Part shown: positions 51,101 through 64,000 of the stretch, piece by piece | Layout of the letters: every line of letters starts with the position of its first letter | Position numbering within the stretch: position 1 is the first letter of the stretch | Position numbers and translations under genes: made by a program | Assembly (NCBI GenBank): GCA_050084515.1 | Contig: CM114271.1 | Coordinates: forward strand, 6,014,001-6,078,000 | DNA from: Blasia pusilla | Lineage: Eukaryota | Length of the DNA: 64,000 bases | Direction: 5' to 3' | The notes under the pieces: model-generated | Told to the model about the DNA's origin: nothing | Database searches by the model: none | Seen by the model: the letters and a program-made list of their open reading frames with translations, nothing else

Positions 51101-53828
51101 TGGAGTCCGACAAGCTTGTAGGGAAGCTTGCGAGGTGGGCTCTTTTGTTGCAGGAGTATGACTTCCAAATGGTGCATAGACCTGGGATGCTCAACCAAGA
51201 TGCATATGGTTTCAGCCGTAATCCATACCCGAGTAAGCTAGATGCGACTAGAGCTTTTGCCATGGTGAGAGTGATCAAGAGTTGGTGCCAGGATGGCATA
51301 CGTCAGCCTATTTGGGCTGGTTGGCTATGGAGAGCGAGATTTTTGAGACTTCAATGGCGAGGTCTGATGGAGAGTCGTTAGATCCAAAGGCCGATGAGGA
51401 AACGACATGTGGCCGAGATATTCATGACGATGGAGTGGTCTTGGAGTACCCGCGTACTGGTAGCGTCATGAGCATAGTGGGTGCTAGAGAGCAGGATCGG
51501 ATCCTATAGCGAGCCAGACGGTTCCAATGGGAGGGGGCATATGTATTGCAAGCGTGGGAGGATGGTAGAGTGTGTGTAGTGCCTCATCCTTTGCTGAGAG
51601 CACGTTTGGTGTGTCGTGCCCACAAGGAGTTGGGTCATTTTGGAGTAAAGCGGACGTACAGCTTGCTTGAGTTTCAGTAATGGTGGTGAGGCATGCAGAC
51701 TGACGTTCAGCAGTTTGTTGCCAGATGCATGGTGTGTGATTGAGTCTGAGCATCATTCAATGCTCTGACTCCACATGTGCATCCACTTCCGATCATGGAT
51801 TTAGGTTATAGATGGATTTTGGATTTTGCAGGACCTTTCCCTTTGATAGAGCGCCATAGTCGTTATGTGTTGATGATAGTCCAGCACTTCTCGAAGTGGA
51901 TGGAGTTGGTTGTATTGCCTGAAAAAGTGAGTGAGGGAGTAGCAAATGCCTTCTTTGATTGAGTGTTGAGTCATTGTGGCGTACCAGCTGAGGTGTTGAC
52001 AAACCAAGATATACAATTTCGCGGGGAATTTCAGACCTTGTGTGATCAGGCATTGATCGACCATCGCACCACTTTGCGAGATCATCTTGAGGAGGATGGA
52101 CTAGCAAAGAGGGTTGTGCAGACGATGAAGAGAGGATTACGTAAGTATGGCTTGCAGAAAGGTCACTTAGGAGATTGGGACCTTTAGTTGCTGTGGTTAG
52201 CGATGGGATACAAATTCAACAGGCATGCATCCTTAGCTTCTTTCTCACCGTACTTGCTCCTTTATGGCCGTGAGCCTGATTTTCCTGTGGCCATTTGTCA
52301 AGATGTTAGTGAGGTGTTGAACCTTGATGATCTTGATGTATGGATGAGAGCATCTTCTAAGAGGGTTGACTTGTTCCAAAGAGTGAGGCCCATGGCATTT
52401 GAGAACTTGGCTATTGTGTACTATTTGGATACATTGAAGTATGCGACTATTCGGGGGATGGTTATCGACCTACTATCCGAAGATTTCATCAGGGAGACTA
52501 TGTCTACTTGTAGCAGATGGCACCCATAATGTTGGATGTGACTGCAAGGCGCACCATCTTGAGAGTACGGTAAGGGTTTTCCATCGGGTGTTCTCTTATT
52601 GGAGGGACGTGATGGTATGGTTTGGAAGGACCATGTGCATAACTATGGCCGTGTCACCTTCCAAACATTGACGATATAGTTGATTCGAGATTAGTAGTAG
52701 TTCTTGCAGGCTTGCGATGTATGTTGTGTGGTTATGCCCGTGGTATAGCCACTATAGTAGTCTTTGATGGATATTCGAGAGGATGGCATATGGCATGCTT
52801 GACACCACCTCTCACTAGGGTTCCTCAGGGACAATGGATGTGTCCCAAATATACATAGAGTAGGTAGTTCTACATTCTGACTTGTGTCTGTGACATGGAT
52901 GACAAGAAGGTGACTAACGATGGGGACACATGAGCACCCGACCTTCTTGCTCTTAGCGTCTGAGAGATGTATGTCATGCATGGTAGGTAGGGATAGATGG
53001 TTATCTAGAGTTAGAGGGACCTAACCACCAACTAGGGGGGGATTGGAGATATTTTGGTACTTCTTGTCTCCTTGTTTGGATGCCATGAGTTAGCGTGGGA
53101 TCGTGCGTGTTAGTGTGTGTGTTCGGTGATAACGATGTATGTTGTGTAACGATATATATACGCACGACAGTTGTCACGTCTTTTAGGATAGATCGTGAGA
53201 TCTAGTAGAGCGCCTTTGCGAGTAGTGGAGGACAGACTTAAGAGGTTGAGGATGACCTACTGAGGCCCCGAAAACCTGAGAGAACAAGTTTCCCCTTTGT
53301 TTCCGCTCATTTGGAACCATATTGAGGAACTTACTATTTTAGGTAAGTACCATTTTGAGTATATGGTCTTTTTTTTTTTTTTTGGTAAGTGGCCCTTGAT
53401 CTCCTACATCAGATCAAGAACGTAGGAGGTCAAGGGCCAAGGAGGTGACTTGGGAGCATAGATTACCATGAAGAGAGTTTGGGAGAGGGGAGGGGTATAC
53501 CTCAAGGAGAGAAAGCTTGAGAGCTCATTCTCTCTTTATTGAACCTCTTGGCACGAGACGGCGGAGCTATGGTCCCTTGCCTTGTGAGTGCAACCCAAGC
53601 CTCTCATTAGGAGAGTGAGTTTGGTTTGACATTGAGAGAGACATGTGAGAATGCACACATTTGAGAACTATGGTGTTGAAAGAGATTGGGTTGTGATTTA
53701 ATTGGAAATATTTTGGTTCTTCTTATGTCCTTGTTTGGATGCTATGAGTTAGCATGGGATTGTACGTGTTGGTGTGTGTGTTCGGTGACAACGATGTATG
53801 TTGTGTAGCGATGTGTATGTGCACAAAA
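45132..53828 (+). mobile_element. Element 3: same lineage, split repeats A1 45132-45660, B1 53042-53169, A2 53172-53700, B2 53701-53828; chimeric interior lacking PR and DNMT
   Basis: TSD acat/atat. Gag ~47310-48680, foreign RT-RH 48680-50180, own RT-RH-IN 50180-52700, decayed PHD 52718-52856, G-run PPT 53034-53041. Confidence 0.92.
48680..50180 (+). pseudogene. RT-RNaseH fragment from a different Ty3/Gypsy lineage, inside element 3
   Basis: PMVIFTIPHMPW, LRFIQDMQP, LPKGATDS, FVDD, DTSPIAIGW, HIAGKENSVADMLSR; clearly unlike the adjacent YIDD RT. Confidence 0.85.
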
Positions 53829-56800
53829 ATATCAACACAAATATATAAAATATATTAGTACTTAAAAGAAAGTTCTAAAGATATACTCCTATGATAGTTA
53901 AAAAATTAAAACAACGATCAAGATGATTACCACTTATAAATAGGATATCCATCCTCATACTCCATTATCATCGATGTAAAATCGCATTGGATAACCCTTG
54001 GAACATATTTTTGTTGTTTTATTAGTACACAACGCATTGGGATGAAGTACTCCACATGATCCATATATCATGCAATTTCTCAAAGTCGCATGAAGTTTCG
54101 GATGAGTAGTCGAATCAGGAATATGAGCTAATATAATATCATCAAAATCAGGGGTTGTCCTTGGCTTATCCTCCGAACCAAGAATAATCAGAATATGCAC
54201 ATGTGGTAGATCCCTCTTTTGAAACTCCACGACATGAATACAACCAACCATTAGCCCCAAAATATGCTTATCCACTATAAGACTCGTTATCATATCTTGT
54301 CATAGCATCTCTCACACCTTGGTATAAATTAGCTCTTAACTCCTTTTGATGTATCTATGTCAATCGTTGCATCTCAAAACTTGCGTACATATCTACCATA
54401 TATTCTTGAGTAAGACGACCAAACCTCAATAACCTATTATGATCTTCTGCATTAGTTCTCACTTGGAGTCGAGATGAAGCAAATTGTAGAGTAGTGATAG
54501 ACTTTGAACTTTCCTCATGAGTGGTCTCTCCACCTTGAAGTTGCTCTTCTTCCGTTCCCTCTCCAATATTATTATAAACATTCTCATCTCCATCTTCCTC
54601 TATCACGTCATGTCGTCTTCTCATCGCACTTCTTCTAACATCATCCACAGAATGCCAACCACCTTCACCATATAAAAAACGTTACAAAAAATGTTATGGA
54701 ATATAGGGCTCATTCAAGTTAGACATATGATGGATCCCTCCTCCATGTAAACAAACAATAATATCCCGACCTTCTCTACGCTCACTTCCGTCCCCAAGAA
54801 AAATAGCATCAATCTCCGAAGCGGTAGGCAATGTGTATCGTTTCGCATCAAGCCCTCACTTACTACCTTTGAAGATAATATGAAAATCTGCATTACGTAA
54901 GTCCATGGCCACATATCGAAAGATAGCGACATATGGATTATGAACATGTAACATTTCTTGTAATCCCCTCAAGATCTCAACTTCTCTTTGACTCATCATG
55001 AATATAATAAAGTGGCGATAGCATGATAGATACCATCTTGAATCGTAAACACACATCGCATGCTTAATAACATCCAATGCACTATTATAGGCACGAGCAT
55101 TATGCAAAAAGTGTAGACTATTTGACGTAACACGCGAAATGAACTCCAATAGATAAAGAGGTGGAGCCTTCAAATATGGTAATTGAACCTTACCCTGCTC
55201 ACAACACATCCCAAATGGAGAGCTTGGAGACTTTGATGACTTAACTCTCTCGCACTTCTAATAAAGCGTTGTGCAAATCGAACACACATCGTTCATATGT
55301 CCAATGCTATAATGGCCAGTCATACAATCAATACAATCTCCCAACTGAAGAATTCAGATATGTTTTTCTTCAAATGCACGTATACGTACGTGCGACATTC
55401 AATAACTTCCTCAAGTCCACCACCCTTCCACATGTCACATTTGGAACTTCAGAAAATACACGATCTTTGTTTACCTCCATGTAAACCTCAAGACCATCAT
55501 TTTATGGTATAATATTTCTTCTTGAACATTCGCCAAAATGTCCTCCATGAAATAATCCAACCAAATCGGCATGCCTCCGTCCTTGGCCATTAGCTCGCGC
55601 AATTCAAAGCATATCATGTAGTCTTCGAGGGTTGGAAGGAACACAAAGACTACAAAGAAAACAATTTTCAAATCTAAAATTAGCACAAAATGTTAATAAA
55701 ACCTCAAGAAATAAGAAAATTTTAGAAATAAATAAAAGGCTATAGAAAAGAAGTGTACACTAGAGATCGTGTAATAATAGTCATCAACTCGTGGACTACA
55801 TTATCCGTCCTTATTATAGGCCTGACAAAAACCAAATTTTAGAAAAAATAATACCAATATTCTAAAAAGTATACATAGGTAAAGTTAATGCAATGAAATA
55901 AAAATATCTACTACAAAACTATACCTTATATTATCTTCAACATCAATGTCATCAAGTCTAGCCATAGTTGTAGGAGCTACTACTTCCTCAATTGGAGCGA
56001 GACCTATTCCAGTAGATATATTCGGCCTTATTGATGAATCACCAATACTCGCCCCATTAGTTAGCTCTAGCATATCACCACGTTTGCGTCTTTGGCCTTG
56101 TGCTTGTGCAACTCGAAGCATGTCATGTAATCATAGAGGGTTGGAAGGAAAAGAAAGACAACAATAAAAATAATTATTATAGCATTAGTCATGATCATGA
56201 CACTTTGACGTTAGAATAAAAATAACTTTAAAAAAAAAAATTACAATTCTAGAATAGAAACGTGCATAGGAGAGGACGTAACCACAACGTTAGAAGGCTC
56301 AACCACATTCGATACACTTGTTACTCACGTGCAAAACAAACATTGTGAGTATAAAACAAAATTAGACAAAACATTATAAGTTTGATATACAACAGAAATA
56401 AAGTAAAATAATACATGAGATCCATTTTCACATGTCTTCGACTTTATCCTTGAGCTCTCGCAACTTTAAGCATTTCACATACTCGTTTGGATTTGGAAGT
56501 CTACAAAATAAAAGAAAGAACAAATATTTTTAAAAATCAAACATTTTTTCCCACAATATAATTCAAAAATTATAATCACTAAAGTTTAAAATAGTGCTAA
56601 AAACCCTACATTTCCGACGTTGTACTTGCATAAGGATGTACAAAGCGCATATCTTGAAGCGATCGCCTTTTCCTTTGAGTCTTTGCCTTTTTAGCCTTCT
56701 TAGATGCAATATGCGTGTTGCGCTCAATGTTTGTAATTTCAAGGAAAGGCCTTTTACCATTTTTCCGTGATACTTGATCCATATCCATCATACGAAATAT

Positions 56801-59549
56801 TATTCTTGAGAAAAAAAAATTCTTCAAATAAATACAAAGATCTTTTTTTAGAACAAACAACATAAGTACTTCAAAAAAAATGGTAAGTTTTTTATATATG
56901 ATATTTCAGAAAGACAATGAAACTATTGTCTTAATCAGACTAAGCAGTACTGATTTCGCTTGAGTCATTGGAGTCATAGGAATGATCACTACTAACCATC
57001 CAAGACCCAGACCCTAAGGCGTCCCGCACAAACGAAGGAACCATAAGATTTGGGTTGAGAGGAAGGAATGCAATCATTAGTTGAACCTGTATCTCCTTCT
57101 TCCTCCTCACCTTGGGATAACACAACGTTAATACCTTGATTAATAGGTTCTAGTACACGCGTTGATAGAACCTTAGATAATTTCCCTGCGCACACTTGCC
57201 TTACATCCTCAATTGGTACCATCATGTACTTATTATCTACTCCTCATAAAAAATAGGTGTTGGGATATAGCTATCACTTGAAACTTGTACAACTTTAATT
57301 CGATCAGGATTTGTAGGCATAGGCTCAAATGTTTCTTCACCAAGAGAAACATACGACTCACCATCACTAACTTGCCTCATCATTTTTGAAATCCTCGCTT
57401 GCTCCTACACTTCTCCGCTAAACCTGCAAATCTTCTTGAAATCATTACATTTAAATAATTTCACAAACAAAAAGAAACATTCAAAAGAGTTCTCAAAGTT
57501 TTTTTTCAAAGTGAATAAAGCTCCAACCAAAAAATAGACTCTTTTGGCTAATTACTCTCATTGCTATATTCATCATTTCACTCATGATGAGGAGAAAGAG
57601 TATCCAACATCAAATCTCCAATCTCATTACTTTCAACACAATTAACAATATCCCTATAGTTGATATCCCTATATTCCCTATCAAGGCTATCACCGACATA
57701 CCATCCCTCATAATCATAAAGAGAGTTGGAAGAGTACTCAACATCGTCATGTTCTTTCAGACCAGGGCATACTTCTATGGAGTATCTCTCAATACTATTA
57801 AGAGTACCCACAATTTTTGGCGTTTTCCAAATTCCCTAACTTCCTTAACCCCATTGAAAACATTAGGAGGAGATGACAAAGTAGGCTCCACACGAAATAA
57901 TTTGTCTTTTCCTTTCCAAGCAAGACAAAGAAAATTTGTGCTCCTCGTCTCTCTCTACCATATATTCAGGACTCCCTATCTCTACTGTTGTATTTGCAAT
58001 TAAGTGCCTCTTGCATCTCGATGAGAGAGTGGACATGACACCAATTAGGTAATATAATTGGTTGGAGTGAAAAGAAACTGTTAGAAAGCAAAACTATACC
58101 AAATTCTTTTAAAAATCCAAATTTAATAAAATCCTAAATTATTCCCACTCTCGTTCTAAGCCCATTGCTTGGAAATAGATGGCCATACAATGGAACATGA
58201 AAGAGCAAGAAAAATGGATACTGCATAGGCAAGGTGGTCGACCTCTCCACCGTGTCATGCTTTGAGACCAAACCGCCTTGGCTGACTCTAATCTACCTCG
58301 CCGAGATATCGTAAGAATACTCGAACAAAATAATAATTCAAATTGAAAATCATACTTATTTCCACCCTCTTTCTTGCTTGGAGTTAGAATACCATGCTGT
58401 AGAAGAAAAAAAATGAACCAATACAACAACAAGCAAGGTCATCATCCCCTAAAATTACCGCGCCCACCGTGTCATATGCTTTGAGACCAACGCTAGTCTA
58501 GCTCGCTGAGATGTCATATCTTTGCCAGTGTTAGCAAAATTTCCAAGTACTCGACAACAAGTTGTCAAGCACATCCATCCCCACACCAGCCGAAAGAGCG
58601 ATAATTTCAGGTACATGATTGCGGGTCGTCGAAACGTCCACCTTCCCACCGGCCGAATTCGAATCGCATTGTCTAGATACGGCTCGACTGCCCTAGCCAA
58701 GTTTCTAGGATCTCCTTCTTGTCCAAAAAGAACAGAGACGTTGATAATTACCATGTGGGACTCCTCTACTCCTAGAACAAGCAAGTCTTGGCTGCTGCAA
58801 AAAAACCTAGCTCGCTTTAGTTCTGTTGCAACTCTTGTGTAACATACTCTTGTTTCTCTCCTCTCATGTAGAGAATTCCTCCGATCGTACTCATACAGAA
58901 TTCGGAGACGCCTCGCTCAAAGATGGCTCATCGTCCCCCATGGCTTGCAAGAAGTTGGGATAGAGTTTGTTGAGTGCATTGTCGGGTTCTTATGCTTGGT
59001 CAATATGGAACTTGAGTTGTGGAATGAGCTCCTCTACAACGGAGGGATTAACAACACTCCTGCATCAGCTTGCCATTGCACGAAGGTCGAGTGGTTCAGG
59101 TTGTGTTTGCACGGAAAGATTAAATATCCACCTAAGACACTGTGCTCTCTCCCTTACGCCCATTGTTTATGCACACTTCTGTCCATCTGAGCAACCGATG
59201 CGTTCCTCCAAGTGCTTCCCTTTCTCTCCAACTATGGCAGCCACATGTGACATGATTGATGATTGAGCCAATGTCTGGTCAATTTCCACAACGCCTCTCA
59301 CACCTCACAATCAAATGCCTTATGGAAATGCCATTATGAAACCCCAAACCATTATGATACCTTCTTTAGCATGGAAAAAACTGGATTAGAAGAGGACGAG
59401 GACCCTAAACGTAGAAACGAAACTGGGATAAGTTCGAATTGGAATCCAAAAGGGCAATTCTTAAAAGTTCCAAGTTTAGAAAGAGGGAACAATTTTTCCG
59501 CTGCAGGCTCTCAAGCATATAAGTGCCACCACACTCTTGCCTACAGACA

Positions 59550-59820
59550 CCATGCCCACAGTAATAAAACTAATGTAGCATTATTGATGTTGTAAGCCGT
59601 AACAACAGAAAATCTTCATTAGAAGCCTCTTTCCACCTAAAGATTTACAGAGTGGGAAAAGTTTTCCAGTTGCTGCCTCTTGAGCACATCAATGCCAACA
59701 CAGTCTCGCCCACGGACCCCATGCCCGCAATAATAAAACTAGTATTCAAGCTTTATTGATGCTGTAAGCCGAAGCAAAAGAAAGTCTTCGTTAGAAGCCT
59801 CTTTTAGCTAGAGATTTACG
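59550..59820. repeat. Imperfect ~100-bp direct repeat pair (59550-59649, 59720-59819)
   Basis: Both copies read ccatgccc.ca.taataaaacta...ttattgatg.tgtaagccg...tcttc.ttagaagcctcttt...agatttac. Confidence 0.75.
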
Positions 59821-62800
59821 CACATTGTCAATCCTTACTCCACCAAAAGAATGCTAGAGTCTCTAGTGTAATGACCGTGGCGATCAAAGCTCGATTTACA
59901 TCAGAGCTTGATTCGCATCTCTGCTTGAAAGCCAAGCACCAAAATCCGGTCGTGTAAACTCTAAAGAGGAAGAAACATCTAGATATTATGTCATCTCTTG
60001 GCCGCATTAAGCTCTTGAGTCGCATCACACTATGAGGAGATCTGATTCTGATCTAGATTTCTATCATGCTTGCATGTGGACGTCTCAAATACACAAAAAT
60101 CCAATCCAAGAACCAAATACAATCCGCGATTTTCAGGTTCGTGAGCACCAGATCGACTCAACATCCTAAACTACAAGACTCAAAGCGGAATCCTTTTCGA
60201 TTGGGGTCTCTAATCACCAATCCGCTCGTTCTAGACTTCAGATCCACGCGTTCTAGGCTGAGGAATTGCTCGGGGAAAGAATGCGTTGATTCACAGCATC
60301 ATACAGAAATCCAAGAACAACAAAATGCACAAAGAGAGAGGAGGTTCTCAACATTCTCAACGTTCCCTTCTTACCATGATAAATGCTATACCAACAACTT
60401 CAGATTCAAAGCAGATTTGAAGCAGATTACATCAGATCCTAGGAGTAAGAAATGACGAGACCTTTTCACACCTCCAATAAATCTCGCTCTAGACCTGGAA
60501 GATCTCTAAATCCTAGCAGTTTCCTTATGTATTTACCTTTCCAATTTGTTACTACCAAGCATTGAGCCAAAGGTTAGCTTACCTGCCAACATAATCACTG
60601 TTTGTGGATGAAATCGAGGACCAAAGTTAGATGTTACTTTTGAGTGGAAGATGGGCAACCTCCAGTTTTTAAGGGCCAAATGTCTCTCGCTCTCAAGAGG
60701 TGCCAATAAAGGCATAGATACCGAGTGCATTATGAACTCCTTTTTAAAAAAATAATTAGACTTTAGAAGTAAATTTTTCCCTTTCCCACAAGCCAAACTG
60801 CCCCACATCTACTCCGAGAGCTTCACTTATTTTAGACTCAATAATTTATTTTTTACTTATGTCCTCCTACTTATAATAACTTCCCTATGTTCAGTTAATA
60901 GTATAGATTAGGTGATTTCCAAATAAAAATCGAGATAAACTTTACTTCAGCAAAGCTACTACTAAATGCAGTTATGCCACTTTTGACATGCTTTATTTGA
61001 TTACGTAAGACCCCAATGGCTTTCCCTCCGTCTCCTTTTCCTTCATGCGTGTGCGTTTTCATGAGGCTCCAAATCATACAACCCTAACAACATGAGTCTT
61101 AACCAAACGCATATGCTCTAAAACTAGTTCGTACCCTCCTTGGAGACACGAGGAACATGATCTACTCCATTGCACCCCTCTTCACCTTAACATAATACCT
61201 CATGCACACGTAGAAAATAAATGATGAAAGGGACTCGACATAAGAGAGCTTAATACACCCATGGGAAGAAAAGAATGGGGCTTGATATTTGAATGCCCAA
61301 TGTAACCCTCAAGAGCTCATATTAGCAACAATCAAACCATTCCAAGCGCCATTGTAAAATATTCCAATATTTTTAGTTGGGAACTATGGTAAGGTTTGGT
61401 CTTTGTGGTGATAATGAGTTTTTCAAGGTTTCCTTATTGCAAGAACCATAAAGAAGAATAAGAAGTTGGTGATATGGATAGAAATCACTATCGATCTTTA
61501 CCAACATCTCTTGTGAATCCCCCCTCTTTTGTACTTTCAATGGGTTCCCCCCATCATCCTTTTGTGCAAGCTTTCTTTCTCTTGTTTTCAATACGTTTCA
61601 TGTGCATGTAAACACAAGGCATGTTTTCGTGTGCCAACTCCTCTTAGATGTCAATCTTGGATGTTGCACAAGCGTACATTCAGTAGGTCATGCTCACTCT
61701 TCTGATCTGTACCCCTACACACTCTCACTAGTCTTGGTTTGAGTCAACCAGCCTTCCAACTCCCCGAGTTCTCAACTCGAACCATTCACCAAGCTTAACA
61801 GGTCCTATCTCCTTACTTCCCAACACGAGAAAGTCTTTCTAGACTTGGGATATACTTTCTAGATAGTCCAAGCACCTAAAATGACCTAAAGCGATGTTGG
61901 CAAATCTAGCAGTTCTAACAGTCCAATGAACCTTTTATGAGTCCCTAATAGAGACCCAAGAATTAAGTTGCGGATTGAAATCCAAGCTTGACCTTCGAAA
62001 TTCATTCCCTTGGACTTGGCTTCGTGTTCACGAACACGAAGCCAAGAATTTCTCGCTCTTTTTGGCCCTCAACCCAACTATCCATCCCACAATTTTCGGG
62101 GAATTTCTCAACCTCTACTTCTACGTTTGTCTTGATCTTTGGTGCATCAGAATTGGCTCAACATAAAACATAGTAAAACCCCAAACGCTAGTCTAGTTCC
62201 AATTCTGCTTCTCATCCTCTTTAGCAACCCACTCTTCTTAGTCTTGGTTTAGGTTTGGTCAAAGTTTCTTGGGTTGTGACCATTAACCCTTGAAACGCTC
62301 ATCCTTGCTAGTGGCTCATCTCTCATGTCTCCTTCAAGAGACTCCTCCGATGCGCATCCATCCTAGTGTGAACCTACTAGAGTCATGATGTTTCGCATCG
62401 ACACACGTTTGGTTATACATGCCTAGTGTTAGTGTGGCAATGACCATATTGATTTGTATTGGTATGGGATCACTTAGATAAAGGCACACATGCAATTTCT
62501 TGAATATCTACAAAGAAGTAAAAGCATTTATATCATCTTTGAGTTTGGCAAAATTGGTCCCATATATCTATATTGTCATTTATATAAGGAATTAAGGAAT
62601 TTCGAATGTTATATGGATATAACTTCTCAGTTTTCAAATGAAAAATACTCATGTCAAGTTTCATCATTAAAATTTTCTTCTACATCAATATCTTTTCTAA
62701 GTGAGAGTTGCTTATGCATTCTTTTCATTTAATTTAAAATTATTATATAATTATTCCCTTTATCGTGTACAGTTCTTTCACTTGTGAGGCCTCTCTCACG

Positions 62801-64000
62801 TTGATTTTTAAAATATTTCCCTTTACTAAACTAAGAAGCTAAAAAGATAAAGGATTGAAAGGGGCTATCATTTTAAGTTCTTTCAAGAATTATTTTCTAC
62901 TATTTAGTTCTTCTATTAATTTTTTTTTGCTTAGGACCTTAATGGTATAGATTTTATAAATCTCCTTTGGACTCAATATTCTTCATCAAATTTTCCCTTC
63001 TTCTATACATTTTTTTAAGTAGATTTTTTTTAAAATTTTGAGCTTGGTAGAAAAGGAAATTTGAAGCATATTTTGGGAAAAATTTATAAAATTTCAGTTT
63101 CAAAGATGAGAAGGGATATTAGGAGAATGGTTGGAAAAAATAAGGAGAGTGATTTTTCATTATATATAGGAAGATGGACATTAGAAAAATGAAGGATGTT
63201 TTTTTATTTCCCAAATCAAGAAGTGAAGAGACATATTTTTCAAAGCTAAGAATAAGAAAGTTTCAGTTTCTCAAAAAAAGGGGTTTTGTGTTAGATTTTC
63301 TATAATTGCGACATGTGTATAAGGGCTCCTTGATAGTTCTTCAATTTTTTGTGCTTGGAAAAAATTTCCAACCTAAAATATTTTCAAGTCAATGTGTCTG
63401 TAGCTCCCTCTGAGTTTTCATGAGCAATCCATAGTGGTTCACCATTGCATCCTTCTTATACATTACATGCACTAACTCAATGAGTAGACAAATATCGACT
63501 ATTTGAATTGGGTACGCGATTGTTCATATGAGGGCTATGGAAATGAAAACCTTCAAGAATCCAAGAACAAAGTCCACTCTACTTAAATGCATAAGAAGGA
63601 AGATTACATATAACAATAGGGATTTCACAACAGGAAACAAATCATGAGGAAGGACAGTATTAGGATCAATATACTAGCTTGCGATTCAATTATGTGTGCA
63701 ATTTAGTATCAAATCTTATTAGAGGTCCAAGGGACTTTGAGCATTTGTTGTATTTGACCAGTCATCTTACACTAAAGCCAACTCAAGGAGAAAATTTAGA
63801 CACGATACAAACTTTTATGTATTGTTGGATAAGGGCCATCTTACTATCTCTAAGACATGAGGAGTAGCCTGATCGATCATTAAATTTGTATTCTCGTCAT
63901 CTCAAAAACACATAATGTTCTTCGATATCTGGATCTGATTAGTATATATATGAAATCAATTGGGAATGAGTTCACTAAAGAGCCTCGAGATTTGGGCATG

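Larger units (their letters stand above)
31929..56900 (-). mobile_element. Helitron 2 (autonomous-type, intron-containing RepHel, decayed), interrupted by elements 2 and 3; 5' end not determined
   Basis: CCEQGKVQLP (55200), HUH motif VEFQKRDLPHVHIL (54200), HINLE...VKYFYKFVYK (44980), Walker A FFIDGRGGT (33700), DEAPM, GGDFRQ, AMTINKSQGQ, TRNVVYPE. 3' hairpin plus CTAG. Confidence 0.92.

Noticed and set aside
58139-60810. Possible very old LINE remnant on the minus strand (AKAVW, FFW-like fragments)
   Set aside because: No RT or endonuclease catalytic motif is recognisable; too degenerate to call.

Overview
Land-plant nuclear DNA, probably a moss (inferred from gene and transposon content). 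Two host genes lie on the minus strand: the 5' part of FZL (chloroplast FZO-like GTPase) and a complete 9-exon mitochondrial uncoupling protein gene (310 aa). The rest is nested transposons: two Helitrons, a full-length decayed Ty1/Copia, solo-LTR remnants, and three copies of an unusual Ty3/Gypsy lineage (10299-18167 +, 34742-44525 -, 45132-53828 +). This lineage is the main result, for four reasons. (1) Pol carries a DNMT3-like C5 cytosine methyltransferase between protease and RT (copies 1 and 2) and a PHD finger after the integrase (copies 2 and 3). (2) The repeats are arranged as split direct repeats A1-internal-B1-A2-B2, although the element has a DDE-type integrase and 4-bp TSDs. (3) The internal B1|A2 junction is an att-like GACA-nn-TGTC, which suggests integration from a two-LTR circle cut at an internal site. 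(4) There is no tRNA PBS; each copy has its own co-varying Tf1-like self-priming pair. All alignments and counts were done by eye.
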